This document shows positions 29,554 to 42,730 of a stretch of DNA of 64,000 nt, piece by piece. Each line of letters opens with the position of its first letter. Position 1 is the stretch's first letter. Below the pieces are notes generated by a model. The model had not been told where the DNA came from. It did no database searches and worked only from the letters and a program-made list of their open reading frames with translations. The stretch comes from Haliotis rubra (lineage: Eukaryota): the NCBI RefSeq assembly GCF_003918875.1, contig NW_025767046.1:2232001-2296000 (forward strand). The letters run 5' to 3'. Made by a program: the position numbers and the translations under genes.

Positions 29554-32500
29554 TCAGCTGACTACTTCCTTGACCAATGAGGCAAGAGCTTTCACTGTCT
29601 TTGGGGTAGTATCTTTCAGAGACATTGTTAGGATAATGGGTTTGGTTGTTGTCACCTCAGCTATCAGATTTTTAGCTAGGACATGGGTAAGAGGCTGAAA
29701 TGATGAAAAAATTACCATAAAATTTAAGATTTAAATATAAGGCCATACAGAAATAAAAAAATATTTTCCATTTACATAAGATAAAACAATCCCTAAATTG
29801 GGAAAAAAATACAAAAGCAATACAAAACATCTGACTTGTATGTTTCTGCATTTATGGCATTAAAACATAAAAACCAGAGTGCATACTTTGTGTTTAACCA
29901 GTATTCACAGTATGAATACATTACACTGAACAGATGACGATGAATTATATTTTGGCAACGTTGTTCCATTCTGTTCTTGAATTTACACAAATGAAACATG
30001 GGTTTCATTTTAATGGGTTAAAACAGAGATCATACAATAATATTTATTATATGGTCTCTGGTTACAACAAGGATGTGGAGGTAAATGAGAATCTCACCTC
30101 GTCTGACCCTAGAAGGACTTTTGTGGAATATACTGATGATGACTGCTGCATCTCGTCGAGGACAATGCTCCGACTTATCTGTACCTGTAACAAGATCAGA
30201 CTGTTTTATAAATATATAATGTTTATTTATGAAGGAAAAATAAGTAAGCATCATCAAACAAAAGTATGTCTTTTTTCTAGACTGATATTGTGATTTGGTA
30301 ATATTCAAAGTTAAACATTGATGTATCATGGCCCATTTGAAGTATCTTATCGGGATACACAACATTGTAAAACTTTGTATCGATTCACTGTATCGACGGC
30401 CCATGGATCGATGCATATCGATGAATTGTCACACTACTAGTTTCGGTATAGATTCTTATACCGTTGTCAAGCGAGAGAACTTGACACTGGCTTGACAATG
30501 GTATAAGAAGCTATACTGAAACGTCACATCATATTTAATATAGAAGCTGTTATCCATAAAGTATATCACTTTCTTAGTTCTTTTCTGTTGTGCACACAGT
30601 TCATTTGGCAAAGGGTTTTTGCTTGCAGTTGTCAGGATAAACAGAAAAGAGCCTTTAAAATGAGTGTGTCAACATTCAAATCTGGACATTCGCCATAATA
30701 TTAACCTGTAAGTGAATAAATAACTCTCACCATAGTACCAAACTTCTGGAGCTGAGAGACAACCAGCAGTAATCTGTCATCAAATTTACTGCATAGAACA
30801 TCGGTATGGTTGTTATTCACCTCCTTAGCAACCTGCAATATATAGATCATTGTTGACAAGTACTGACCAATAATCCCCAACACCCCATTATAGCATCACA
30901 GTAACTGTAATACTAGTACTTGGAGTTACAATGACTAATTTCCAGGGTCATAACAGGAGATTGGAGGGTTCTGAAACAGTGGAATGATGTAGATTATTGG
31001 ACAATAAGATTTAGCAATCACTTAAATCACAGGAACAATAAAATTTCATGTCGCTAATTTGGTACAATGGGGGGTTGTAGTCAAAAGTGCCAAAGGACGA
31101 AAGGGCCAAAATTGAAAAAGTCAAAAGGGCCAACGAAAAGTCAAAAGGGCCAACGAAAAGTCAAAAGGGCCATAGAACATACAAACTAATATTTATTTTA
31201 TATATTTTATTATATTTGTATCAATATGTAAATAGTAACAAAAGTAATAGTATATAGTGTTATCATCATAGATTCGAGTGTTGATTAATATGAGATGAAA
31301 TATTCATAAGTGATTCAAATGTTCCTAATTCCCACATCTTTAACTTCAGTTAAAGTTCACTATATGAGTCATTTTCAGAGTGTAATCATAAAAAAATTAT
31401 ATGTGTTGTTATTTTTCTAACTATATTAAGTTTTGATATTAAATAACACCATTGAAAGTACATATTAGGATTGCAGATCTCAAGTAAGTGAAAAGCTGAT
31501 TGTGCTAAATTTATACGTCCATACTGTTACCATGTTTTTAGGTATATAGAAGAAGTTTATGAAAAAAACTCAATTTGCATTTGTTTATTCTTTAGTCATT
31601 GCTGGAACAAAACGTTCATAGCCCTAAGAATTCTTAACTTTGATTGTAGCCAATGTGTTAAGAATGGGCTTAAAGAAGTTCGTAAGGCTACAAACATTTG
31701 GAGAATAGCTAGCCTGGGCATGTTGATTTTTCCTGTCTTGTCAATGTCACAAGCAACACACTTTACAGGCATGGTTACCAATGTGAATTGTTGCTTGAAC
31801 TGTTCATCTTCTATAGCAGTCTGAGTCATGAGGCTCCAATCACAACTAATTAAAACATTAATCTTGTTGAGATTACTAACTAGTGAAATTGACACCATGA
31901 CTGTTTAAATCTCACAACTAATCAAAACGTTAATCTTGTCTAGATTACTGACTAGTGTCTGACACCCATGACTCTGTTATATCTCATGTAATCATTACAG
32001 TATCAGTTGTATGGTTGACCATTGGGTTGACTATACTCATAACATAAACACTTAACCACTACTGTTAATCTTGTCTAGATTACTGGCTAGTGTAATTATC
32101 CAGTGACTGTTTAAACTTCTTGTAATTTGTTGTATGGTTGACTAAAAACACTTAACCCCTCTGAGATGCACTGAGACACTCTGATATATTTAGGGGGTGG
32201 TGGGGCAGCCTAGTGGTTACGGCGTTCGCTCGTCACGCCGAAGACCCGTATTCGATTCCCCACATGGGTACATTTCTGGTGTCCCCCACCGTGATATTGC
32301 TGGAATATTGGTAAAAGCGGCGTAAAACTAAACTCACTCACTCTGATATGTTTATGTGAATGACCCTTCCTAAAATGTATGTATAAAGAAAGTGGGGGAA
32401 CCAACCAACCAAGTCAACCAACTCATCAAGCCCGACCACTCGATCCCATTAGTCGAATCCTACAACAGGTATGTGCTGATGAAGACCTGTTCTAATGCAT

Positions 32501-32784
32501 GACTCAAAAACACACACACACAACACTGACATACTCTTATTTACTATCGTCTCTAGGATTAAGCCAGGTACATAACGGTCACGACAGCGAGATCGAGACA
32601 ATCCTCAGACCTTCACATCAGTTTGTCACAGAAAGGCATCTTTCCTAACGGTGTAAAAAGACGAATTCATATGCAAGAAGGCGAAATCACGTAAGTAACG
32701 ACATAGGGAATGATACAATCCAATGAAGTATGTGGGTACCTGTTTTGTTACCACTGGAAATGCTGCCGACATGGGAGCTGCCAT
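29554..32784 (-). CDS. PSMG3: Proteasome assembly chaperone 3 (PAC3), 4 coding exons, 124 aa
   Basis: Exons 32784-32740, 30832-30731, 30184-30098, 29694-29554; all introns GT-AG, phase 0. Protein MAAPMSAAFPVVTKQ|VAKEVNNNHTDVLCSKFDDRLLLVVSQLQKFGTM|VQISRSIVLDEMQQSSSVYSTKVLLGSDE|PLTHVLAKNLIAEVTTTKPIILTMSLKDTTPKTVKALASLVKEVVS*. Matches recalled PSMG3 motifs (VVTQFGKMGT, TKVLLGQDEPLIHVFAKNL). Confidence 0.93.
31071..31171. repeat. Tandem 20-bp subrepeats, likely one end of a foldback/MULE-type element in PSMG3 intron 1
   Basis: GAAAAGTCAAAAGGGCCAAC repeated after GGGGGTTGTAGTCAAAAGTGCC; matching opposite end not found. Confidence 0.5.
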
Positions 32785-33029
32785 TTTTATTTCCACGATA
32801 GTATTTGCACAACAACTTATCCTATTACATTCCTGCATTGTGGTGTACACATGTAAGTACCAATTCTAAATTAAGATAATTAATCTATAAACATTTATAT
32901 GTGCTTATAGAATTATCTTTGTACACGTAAAATGATTCTCCATCAAAACATTTACAATCGAGAACATAATAAATATGTCATGAACATTAGTTGCAGGTAT
33001 AACTCCGCCACCAATTACCTGCTGGCAAG
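32785..33029. promoter_or_regulatory. Probable bidirectional promoter of PSMG3 and TMEM14C
   Basis: Divergent start codons only 245 bp apart; YY1-like AAAATGGC overlaps the PSMG3 ATG and AAGATGGCG overlaps the TMEM14C ATG. Confidence 0.7.
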
Positions 33030-36000
33030 ATGGCGATCGACATCATTAGTTTTGCTTATGCTGCGACACTTGCTGCTGGTGGAATCTTAGGATATGTTAA
33101 AGCAGGTAAATACTATAGCTTATTTTGCCATATTTGTATAAGGTCACAGACAAGTGAATTTGGTGAACTGACAACATCTGTTCTTGTACAGGCAGGTCAC
33201 AAGTTTCATTCATCAAGTGATGTGGAAGTGTTTACGAGTTCAAAATGTAGAACTTTCAAGAGATGGGGTTTCAGGTGTCGGGTCGTATATTAGGTTGCAT
33301 AGGCATACATAAACGTTCGGATACATTTAATGTGTGCATAAAGAATGAAATATGTGCATTTTAATATCCATCATTAATAAGTACAACCAGAAATTATTGA
33401 GAATTTAAAGATTGTAATTTTTTTATTTTTCACTCATTACTCACGTATTAATGTGAATATTAGCAGAACATAACTCCAGATTCAAAGAAAGGTGAACAGT
33501 TAGTATTTTGTCAAGTCACCATGGGCAGCAATGCAGGCTTCAATGCGGCGGGGCATACTACTGATAAGAGAAGTTAAAAAGTCGTGGTTCATGCTGTCCC
33601 AATATCGGACCACTTCTTCTTTCATTTAAGCAATATTTGTCAGATTTTGCTTGTTGACACTTTCCTTCATAAGTCCCCAAACATTTTCTATTGGATTTAG
33701 GTCAGGGCTATAGCTTGGCCAATCTAATAATGTCAAATTTTGGGTCCGAAACCAGGCCTGTGAATGCTTTGAACGATGTTTTGGGTCGTTGTCCAAACAT
33801 TTCCATAAAACACGTGAGCAGATGGATGTCCCTCGAGAATATCTGTGTACCGCTCACTGTTCATATTCCCTTCAAATACACAGAGGGGCGTTGTCCCTAA
33901 CACAGATATGCCACCCCACATGTTAAATTTCGGACTGTACTTTGGGCGCTGATACAAAGGTTTTTCAGTTTGTTTGGTCCAGAATTTCAGTGTATTAGGA
34001 AACAGGCACACAGAACTTTCATCTCTGAGAAAATCACATTGTCCCAGTTAAAATGTCTATGCTGTAAGCACCAGTTCAACCTTCGCTCCTTTTGTTCAGG
34101 TTTCATGAACGGTGATGGAATTCCTCGACTTTTCTGCCAACCAATTGCATGCAGCTCAGTTCTAATTGTCTCCTTACAGACAGCCACAGTTCCTCTATCA
34201 ATCATATCCAGCCTTAAGTTTTCTAAACTCCTTCATTTGTTTTTAGAAACAAGAATACCAAGCCGCCTCCTATCACCGACAGTCAATTTTCTGGGCCTCC
34301 CTGCGCCTCCCTGGTGCTCAATGCCATATCCATTTGCAATATTTTTCAAAACACGATAAACAGTGGACAAAGGGATGCCTGTTCTACTTGAAATCACTTT
34401 AGCTGATCTGATGCCCTTGTTATAATACTCTAAAATCAACTTCCTCTTCTCTAAATCATCCATACTGAGGATCACTGAAAATGTCGTCTGCTAGCAAGTT
34501 AACAAAGGGGGATAACTCTTCACAAACTAATGAAAAAGGATTAACGGAGTTGTCTCTCTTGAATGAAACCAAGCACTTGATAGCTGGTCAAGGTTGTTTA
34601 TACTAGAAATCCAATTAAACATGTTCCTAAAATTCTCAATAATTTCTGGTCATACTATAATAATAGCCATGTATAACGTTAAAAACTTCCGAGTGCAGTA
34701 TTTGAGTGATCTCACATGCAAACCCACATGGCGCACATACGATGTAGGAGAGAACAATTATTTTGCCAAACGGAATAAAAGAGAAGTGAGGGAGGCAAAT
34801 AATTATCACTGAATGAAGTCTTAAAATATCAGAGCTGGAATTTTGCTGAGTGCAAGTTTAAATAAACTTTAAAAATCAGAGTTGTCCTTTATCAGCGATG
34901 GGTCCTACAAATAAGACATGACGCTAATCCACAGCCGAGGTGTCAGCCAGATTCCGCAAACATCTCAAATTATTGAGTACCAAAACTGCAAAAAAAAGAA
35001 TGGCATAAATTGGGACCGATTGCACGAAACTCTGTAATCAATAAACTATATAGTTATGCAGAGTTAATCCAGACACCAGTTATACTGGACACCTTCAAGC
35101 TGGTGTATGCATCAATCAATAAACTATAAAGTTATGCAGAGTTAATCCAGACACCAGTTATACTGGACAACTTTCAAACTGGTGTATGCACAATACATGC
35201 TGAGCTGCTTAATTAAATAACAATACAGGTTGTGTTTACACTTAACATTTATAATCAAACACTGAATTTGTGTTTTCATTTCAACTGGGTGTAGTGAAAA
35301 ATCCATAATTGCATGTATGAGCTCAGAGTCTGAATAAAGAGGGTCTGTAATTTCTGTCAATAGGAACCAAACTGAAACAGGTCTATGCATTTGAATATTC
35401 AATGCATATGAATTGTTATTACTAAGCTGTCACATGAATTAATGAATATCAACTTTCAAGTCACTTTGACCACCTCTGATTGAAACAGCTGATTTGACAG
35501 CCACAAACACCCACTGTAGCAGCTATTGATAGAAAAGGACTTCCTTCTGAATTGTTATAAGTAGCCATTTTAAAATAAGGATCTATATCTGACAGGGTAA
35601 TCATATTATTTGCATCACAATGAGCAGGGTCTAGAACTAAAGTTTAAATCTGTTAAAGGCATCTTTCTCTTTCTTCAGGTAAATCATTGACTGTTTGCAT
35701 TTATAAGAGTGTGAGTTTAGTTCTACGCAGCTTTTAGCAATATTCTGGCAATATCACAGCGGGGGACACCACAATTGGGGCTCAGACATTGTACCCATGT
35801 GGGGAATCGAACCCGGGTGTTTGGCTTGATGAGCCAATGCTTAACCACCAGGCTACCCCACCGCCCCACATTTACAGGCTGGGGTTAACAATATGGTGAG
35901 GCTGAAATACGATATGTATCCCGATAATATGAGCGCGACACAATCCGTGTCCCAATATACTACTTTAATTTCATAAGTTAATATTGTCTGTCATTTTGTT

Positions 36001-37225
36001 CATTCATCACAACCCAGACATTTGTTTTCAAATTTCAGATAGTGTTGATGGGATAGTGTAAGAGAGAAACGTATAAGCTTGGGGGCACTCTGAAGATTCT
36101 GTTATTTCTTGTCACCCAGGAAATATTGTATCATGAGCCTCATATTGTGATACAATACTGTATTGCCATATCAACCCATCTCTTAATATGTAGCTAAGTA
36201 ATAAGAGCAACACACTCTCAATGCCCTGATGTATGAGATGAGTGAGTGAGTTTGGTTTTACTCCGCTTTTAGCAACATTCCAGCAATATCACGGCAGGGG
36301 AGACACCAGGAATGGGCCTCACACATTGTACCCATGTAGCAGGGATGGCAAGTTTCTGCTGATCTACGGATTTCCACCGATTTTATTTCAAATAAATCAA
36401 TTCAAACCCCTGTTCAATGACACAAGTTTTCAGCTGAAAATAGATTTTCCTGTTGCCATCTCTGATGTGGGGAATTGAGCCTGGGTCTTTGCTGTGACAA
36501 ACTGACACTTTAACCACGAGGGTACACCACCACCCTCATTTAAGTGATTAAGTATTTGTTAAAAATGTTTTAGTAAAAGGCATAATATGATCTGATTGTA
36601 ATGAGATTGGATATATCCAGTATTTGAATTCAACTGGTGATGTAATGGTTTGCAGGGAGCATGCCCTCTCTGGCAATGGGCGTGGCCTGTGGAGCCGTGA
36701 TGGGAGTTGGAGCCTACCAGACAACAAACGATCCTAAAAATGTATCATTGTCCCTTGGTGAGTTTATAATCCTTTTGTCATGATACTGTTCGTGTCTTTA
36801 ATTACTGAAATTTCCTGGGTACAAAATATTTGAGTCATGGCAACAGTACTAGTTGTTCAAAGATGGTACTTTTTGTTTCACATGCTCAGCATTAAAGGGC
36901 AAAACAATATTTGGTTGGCTCAGAGTCAGTATAACGTGTCTGAGATCAACATCAGTTATGACATGAATATGACTGTCTGTTGGAGGACAATGGAGGATGA
37001 ACTTTAGTGGAAAACTATTGAAAAGCTTCTGTTCAACATTCAGACTATTGGAGGCTATTATCATGAACATGTGTCACCAGCTGTCAGCTAACATTCATCT
37101 GATTCTGTTTTAAATGATGAAATTGTGTTTCAGCCACAAGTGCGCTATTGACAGGAGTCATGGGCTACAGATTTATCAGCTCCGGCAAGTTCATGCCAGC
37201 AGGAATGGTAGCATCTTTGAGGTAG
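33030..37225 (+). CDS. TMEM14C: Transmembrane protein 14C-like; 3 confident coding exons, 3' end uncertain
   Basis: Exons 33030-33105, 36656-36757, 37134-37221 give MAIDIISFAYAATLAAGGILGYVKAG|SMPSLAMGVACGAVMGVGAYQTTNDPKNVSLSL|ATSALLTGVMGYRFISSGKFMPAGMVASL. TMEM14 signatures GG..GYVKAGS.PSL and MG.RF..SGKFMPAG. Either reads through to TAG at 37223-37225 or splices to a 4th exon (candidate 38861-38903, SLLSMKFHVLVLEG*). Confidence 0.92.
33379..34657 (-). mobile_element. Tc1/mariner transposon with degenerate transposase, in TMEM14C intron 1
   Basis: TIR core ACCAGAAATTATTGAGAATTT at ~33386 and its reverse complement at ~34630-34650. Frameshifted pieces: HTH (SSRTGIPLSTVYRVLK, GAGRPRKLT), WDNVIFS, MWGGIS, SPDLNPIENVWG, SMPRRIEACIAAHG. 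Confidence 0.92.
35036..35190. repeat. Two-copy tandem duplication of ~78 bp
   Basis: ATCAATAAACTATA.AGTTATGCAGAGTTAATCCAGACACCAGTTATACTGGACA...CTGGTGTATGCA occurs twice in a row. Confidence 0.85.
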
Positions 37226-38391
37226 AAACATTTTGAAAATTTTTAATAGGTGGTGACTAAATCCATCAGATGTTGGAGAACAGCTTGAGTAATTTTTGTT
37301 TGTTTGTTGTTTAATACTGCACTCAGCAGTATTCCAGCTAATTCTAGGCAATCCAGTGATCAACATCATGAGCCTCGATCTACGCAATTGGGATAAAATA
37401 ACATGTGGTCAACCAAGTCAAACATGTGGTCAACTAAGTCAGTGAGCCTGACCACTTGTGACTCTAGATTAACCAGTCATACACGATTAACAGAAACTTG
37501 TTAATAGCACAATCATCCAAGCCATATGAAACATGACGAAATTCACACATGCTTGGTTGAAAATATTACAGTGGTATGTTTTGTGTGGTGACATACGATC
37601 ACATTGTGGTGTTTGCTGTTGCCCACAGCAATAGTCCTGCTATATGGAGTCAGTCTGTAAATACAGTCATCCCTTTCCAAAACGCTAGTCATGGGGTACT
37701 TGGGTGACCCCACGTTATACATAACACGGAATAAAGGCAAAGTACAATCATTGAGTGAATAATATTTTCCATGGACAGAGCAGAACTGAAAAAGGGGACT
37801 AAATTTAATAAAATAAAATGAATGTGTGTTTACCCCGCTATAACACTGTGTGTGAAACTCTTCTGCAAGACCATTGCTGAAGCATTTTGAGCCATATTTA
37901 GACGTTTCTCGGACAAGTGTTTATATTTTTAATGCCCCCAAAGTAATCACAGTGCACAGATAGGTGATGAATAATTGTTTCCCTACTAATTACAGTGGCC
38001 ACATATCCTCTAAAGAGGATGTATAATTCTTCTGTTTTCAGTTTATTGATGCTGATGAGATACGGATATCGGCTGGCCCAGTGAACTGGCATCAGACTTT
38101 GAAGTGGAAACATCATAGCTTCATCATCAACCTCCATCGATTGTCATTGTTCATGACAATATACAGTAGATTATATTTTTCAGTCAATAGGACTTCTCTG
38201 TTTTGAGCAAATTTGCTTTTTTTATCACACAATCAAACTGCCTTTTGCCAAACTTCCTTTCTTTGTAGCAGAATGTCATACTCTCTAGTTTTGTTTCGCA
38301 TCAACCTTGTCCCAAGACATCCATAGTCCTGATTCTGTATTTGATCTGTGTAATAGATTGTGTAGAACCTCTCATGATCTCCAGTGTCAAG

Positions 38392-38554
38392 AGGGCGGTG
38401 GGGTAGTCTAGTGTTCAAGGTGTTCGCTCGTCACACCAAAGACCTGGGTTCGATTCCCCACATGGGCACAATGTGTGAAGCCCATTTCTGGTGTTCCCTG
38501 CCGTGATATTGCTGGAATATTGCTAGAAGCGGCGTAAAACCATACTCACTCACT
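38392..38554 (+). mobile_element. tRNA-derived SINE family B (~160 bp), full-length copy with TSD
   Basis: A-box-like TAGTCTAGTG, B-box GGTTCGATTCC, 3' tail shared with family A; flanking duplication CTCCAGTGTCAAGAGGG. Other copies at approx 10460-10625, 23627-23796, 28300-28447, 32193-32342, 35708-35867, 36240-36535, 39535-39692, 40820-40938, 45907-46016, 55107-55268. Confidence 0.9.
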
Positions 38555-40049
38555 CCAGTGTCAAGAGGGTTACAGTTGGTCACTTTTGTGACAGTTCTCT
38601 ATGGAGGGTTGTGCCCCTTAGTTATGGATCAGGATCATGTGTTCCAACACAGATGTGACAAATGTAGTTCCTGGTTGTCAGCTCATACATAAAGTCACCT
38701 GAATGGTAAACTTCCAAGATCCGGGTCTCTGTTCAGGCTGTCCTTCCACATCCATCTGACATGCCATAATATGACTGAAATGAAGTGGTGTTTCACTTGT
38801 GCGCAGTCATTGAAAAGATAACAGTATGAACATTTTCTCATCAATCAAATCTCATTACAGTCTTTTGTCAATGAAGTTTCATGTGCTAGTGTTAGAAGGG
38901 TAAGGTTGTACTGTATGCCTGTTTAGACATCACACCATGATGCAATAATTTTTTTATACAGAGGCTTATTTGAAGAATGACAAAGTCACCATGCTTCTCG
39001 TACTCAGAGAGCAGAAATTTAAAAAGATAAATTAGTGTGTAGGATATTGTTAAAGAATCCTTATCACGAGATGGACAAAAACTGATTGCCTGACAAACAA
39101 CGGCTGATGTGTAAAGTGTGGTGCTAAAACCGTTACCTGAGTTACATGTGAAATTATGTATATTAAGGAAATGGTTTGTATAGTCTGTGTAATGGAAAAA
39201 TGTTATCCAGTATATTGTGGGACAGGTATCTTTATTACAATATATATTTGGAGCTTAAATATTTGACAGTGATTGACTCTGTACATTCAGATCATATTTC
39301 ATGAATGCTAAATTAAATATTTACTAGCGTGGTCAGTTGCTGCCATTTTGTTGTCATGGATACTGGGGAGATCACTTCTGTATTTTTGTAAACCAGTTTC
39401 AAAGGGAGATGTTTGTTACCGAATTTCTGTGAAGAATTCAGGTTAAAGGATACAAATAAAAAACAATCTTATGTTATTTTTATTCAATATACAGAAAAAA
39501 CCCTATTGCACTGCTATTGTTTGCAGTTGACTGACTGAGTTTTGGTTTATGCTGCTTTTTAGCAATATTCCAGCAATATCACGGCGGGAACACCAGAAAT
39601 GGGCTTCACACATTGAACCCATCTGGGGATTCGAGTCCGGGTCCTCGGCGTGACGAGCCAACGCTTTAACCACTAGGCTACCCCACCGCCCCTTGCAGTT
39701 AACTAGTAATATCTTGCAGTCCTAATTGTTTGAGAAACCATGATACTATGTTTATGAAAGAAATGGACAGTGATGGAGCTTACATGTATATCGTACAAAT
39801 GGGTGTTTCTGTGTTCATGTCGAGAAGGGTCTGACAGTTGTTCACGACAGACTTTACATTATTTCTGTATCTGGTTGAAAATTGTATGCAAGTGTAGAAA
39901 GAATAAAGATTTATAAACAAACATGAGTTTCCTGACCTTGATTTATGTCTCCGCAACATTTGACAGACGATTGTCACTATCTTGAAATGTCAGAGGGAAA
40001 TTATTAATTTCTCAAAACAAGCCACAGTGAGTGAGTTAGTTCAGTTTAA

Positions 40050-40398
40050 GACCGCCTCAGTGGTGTAGTGGTTAGAGCGTCAGCCCGGTGAGCGGAAGGT
40101 CGCGGGTTTGATCTCGGACCGCGTCATACCAAAAGACGTTAAAATATGGTACTTGTTGGTCCCTGCCTGGCACTCGGCATTAATGGGTACAAGGACTGGT
40201 CGGCTTGGAGTCAGTATAATGTGTCTGAGTGGGGTATTCATGCTTCACTGCGGCATGGTATCTCAGTGGGCTAGCACTATAAAACCAGCTTCAGTCTGGG
40301 CTAGTACAAGCAGCCGTACATACACATACACACGCATGCACGTCGTCATATGAGCAAAATATTCTCAAGCACGACATTAAACCCAATTTCACCTCACC
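40050..40398 (+). mobile_element. tRNA-derived SINE family C (~350 bp), inserted into the tail of a family A element
   Basis: tRNA-like head GTGGTGTAGTGGTTAGAGCG...GGGTTTGATCTC; TSD TAGTTCAGTTT at 40037-40047 and 40399-40409. Body resembles recalled molluscan V-SINE/RUDI-type SINEs (tentative). Confidence 0.85.
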
Positions 40399-41028
40399 TA
40401 GTTCAGTTTTACACTACACTCAGCAATATTCCAGCCATATGGTGGCGGTCTGTAAATAATCTAGTCTGGACCAGACAATCCAGTGATCAACAGCATGAGC
40501 ACCAATGGCGTGTCAACCAAGCCAGCGAGCCTGACCACCCAGTCCCATTAGTCGCCTCTTATGACAAGCATGGGTTACTGAAGGCTCATTCTAACCCAGA
40601 CCTTCACGGGTTGTAGCACTTAAAGTAATGAATTATGGAACCCAAACTGTGTTGAAATTTCAAGTGAGTGAATATCTGGACACTAAAGTCATTATTCCAG
40701 CTGGCTGATAATTTGGTGACAGGTGCTTGTACAATATATGCACCAGGGAAAGTGCCATCTTTGTTGGCTCCTACAAACAAAGGCGTGCAGATTTAGAATG
40801 GTATGGATACAAGAGTGTCAGTTGGGTTTTACGCCACTTTTAGCAATATTCCTTCACACATTGTACCCATGCAGGAAATCGAACCATCTTTAGTGTGACA
40901 AGCGAACTCTTTAACCACAAGGCTACCCCACTGCCCCCATTAAAAGAAAAGGCACACAGGGATAAACTACACACACTTACACTACACGGCAACTATGTAT
41001 TCTCTGGGGATAGAGGAACTATGTATTA

Positions 41029-41733
41029 CAGTCGTGACCCGTTTATTCGAACCTCAGATATCCGGAAAACTCGCCTTCCGAACGAAAATTCCTCAAAACG
41101 AATTCACAATGTTGTAAAATTACTCACTTATCCGGAAATCCTGTTTCCTTAAGCGGACGGTCATTTTCACATACAAAACGCTAAATCATATACATTTTAT
41201 TCTCGTATATCCAATGGCTGAGCACCTGTCAGTATGTTTACACACGCATTTTACAGTGTTTGCGTGCCCTAACATAAAGGAAGTCGTCAGTCTTTAAAGT
41301 GTGAGAGGATTAACTACCTGTAATTAGCAAGGTGACACTGAGTTAATTTTGAGTTGTGATTGGCAAGGCTAGACGTCCCCGTTGTTTGGTAGTTACTTTC
41401 ATCCGGAAGTTTATGTTAGGTACAGCAACAATGCGAACGCGAGGAAGACATCAGAACTGTTTCGTGATTGGTTGCTAGCATTTGACAGACAGATGCATGT
41501 ACAGGTATGTTCGCACATGTTATTGACATGACTACTTTATTTGACAAGATGTGATTTTATGTTTGCATTGTTATTTGTTGATGCCTTATCAATTAAGACT
41601 ACGTCTGAAGTCTATTATGTTCGTTTCTTTGTATGTCTATTTACATATTCCCCGTGGTTCAGATATCTGGAAATTCGTTTATCCATACAATTTCAAGAAA
41701 AACACAAGTGTTGGGATAAACGGGGCACGACTG
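41029..41733 (+). mobile_element. pogo/Tigger-like internally deleted DNA transposon
   Basis: TA-flanked TIRs CAGTCGTGACCCGTTTATTCGAAC / GTTGGGATAAACGGGGCACGACTG; internal remnant ..TSELFRDWLLAFDRQM (~41445-41495) resembles the pogo/Tigger DDE domain. Confidence 0.85.
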
Positions 41734-42017
41734 TATACACAAACAGCTAACTCACTAATATCAGTTTGCTTACTCAAACTCTGCGTGAAACTGTCAATTA
41801 CGTTTTATTAAGGTACACCAAAGTTTGACTTTCCAGTATAATGAATGGCTGTATGTCCCCTTTCTTAATTTCCCCAGCTTCATTATTTTACTGGTAGAAA
41901 ATAAAATCCAACACTGAACCATAATGTTCCCTTGATAACCCTTGTTGGGTGTTAAGTCTTTGTGCTATCGACTATTTGTCTGTAATATACTCACTAATGG
42001 TGTTGCCATATGCCTGA

Positions 42018-42447
42018 TAGTGCTGGGAATTGGTTAAAAATCTCATAATTAATGATTGGTTCATTACAACCGATGAATCATCGAAAACAAATGGTCAGCA
42101 TCATTTTCAGATTTTCCTGGGTTGTTATTGCAGATATGTATAACATGATGCAACTTGTTACTTTCAAGTGATGACTAATATATAATGAACAAACTTCCTG
42201 GGGTCTTCAAGAAATATTCAGTCAGAAATATTCTAATATTCAGTTAGTGAAGTGAGTTTCCTAACAATTAAACACGTTTTCTGGCCCTGACATCTTTGAA
42301 GATATGTTCCATCGTCAAGTGTTTCAAAGACTAAAACATTTGTTCCAAAATCATTTGTGTTCGATTATGAGAAAATGTGATCGATTGCTTGGTCGTTTGG
42401 TCACTGCTACCAATCTTCGATTATTTCAATTTATTGGAACAACACTA
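42018..42447. mobile_element. hAT-like MITE with 8-bp TSD; a second, oppositely oriented copy at ~45559-45906
   Basis: Ends TAGTGCTG.. and ..CAACACTA; flanks ATGCCTGA / ATTCCTGA match at 7 of 8. Confidence 0.7.
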
Positions 42448-42730
42448 ATTCCTGAACATTTGGAACTAATCTTTTTAATATTTAGGATACAGATATCAGA
42501 GGTTTTATCTGAATGCTTTGGTCACTCGTACAAAGAATTCAGAACCTTGACAATGATTGGACTATCAAGCCTCCACAGTGAGCGAGTTAGGTTTCACACC
42601 GCTTTAAACAGTATTCCAGTTTTACCATGGCATGTCAGCTTCATGTGTGTGAAAGCACAACTCTTTACCACTTGAGAATACACTTGAACGATAAACCCAG
42701 CAACATAACTGAGGCAAACTGGGACTGGAG

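Noticed and set aside
40050-40125. tRNA genes at SINE B and C heads (also 38392, 32193, 43020-43090)
   Set aside because: Each continues into a SINE body and tail, and several are bounded by TSDs.
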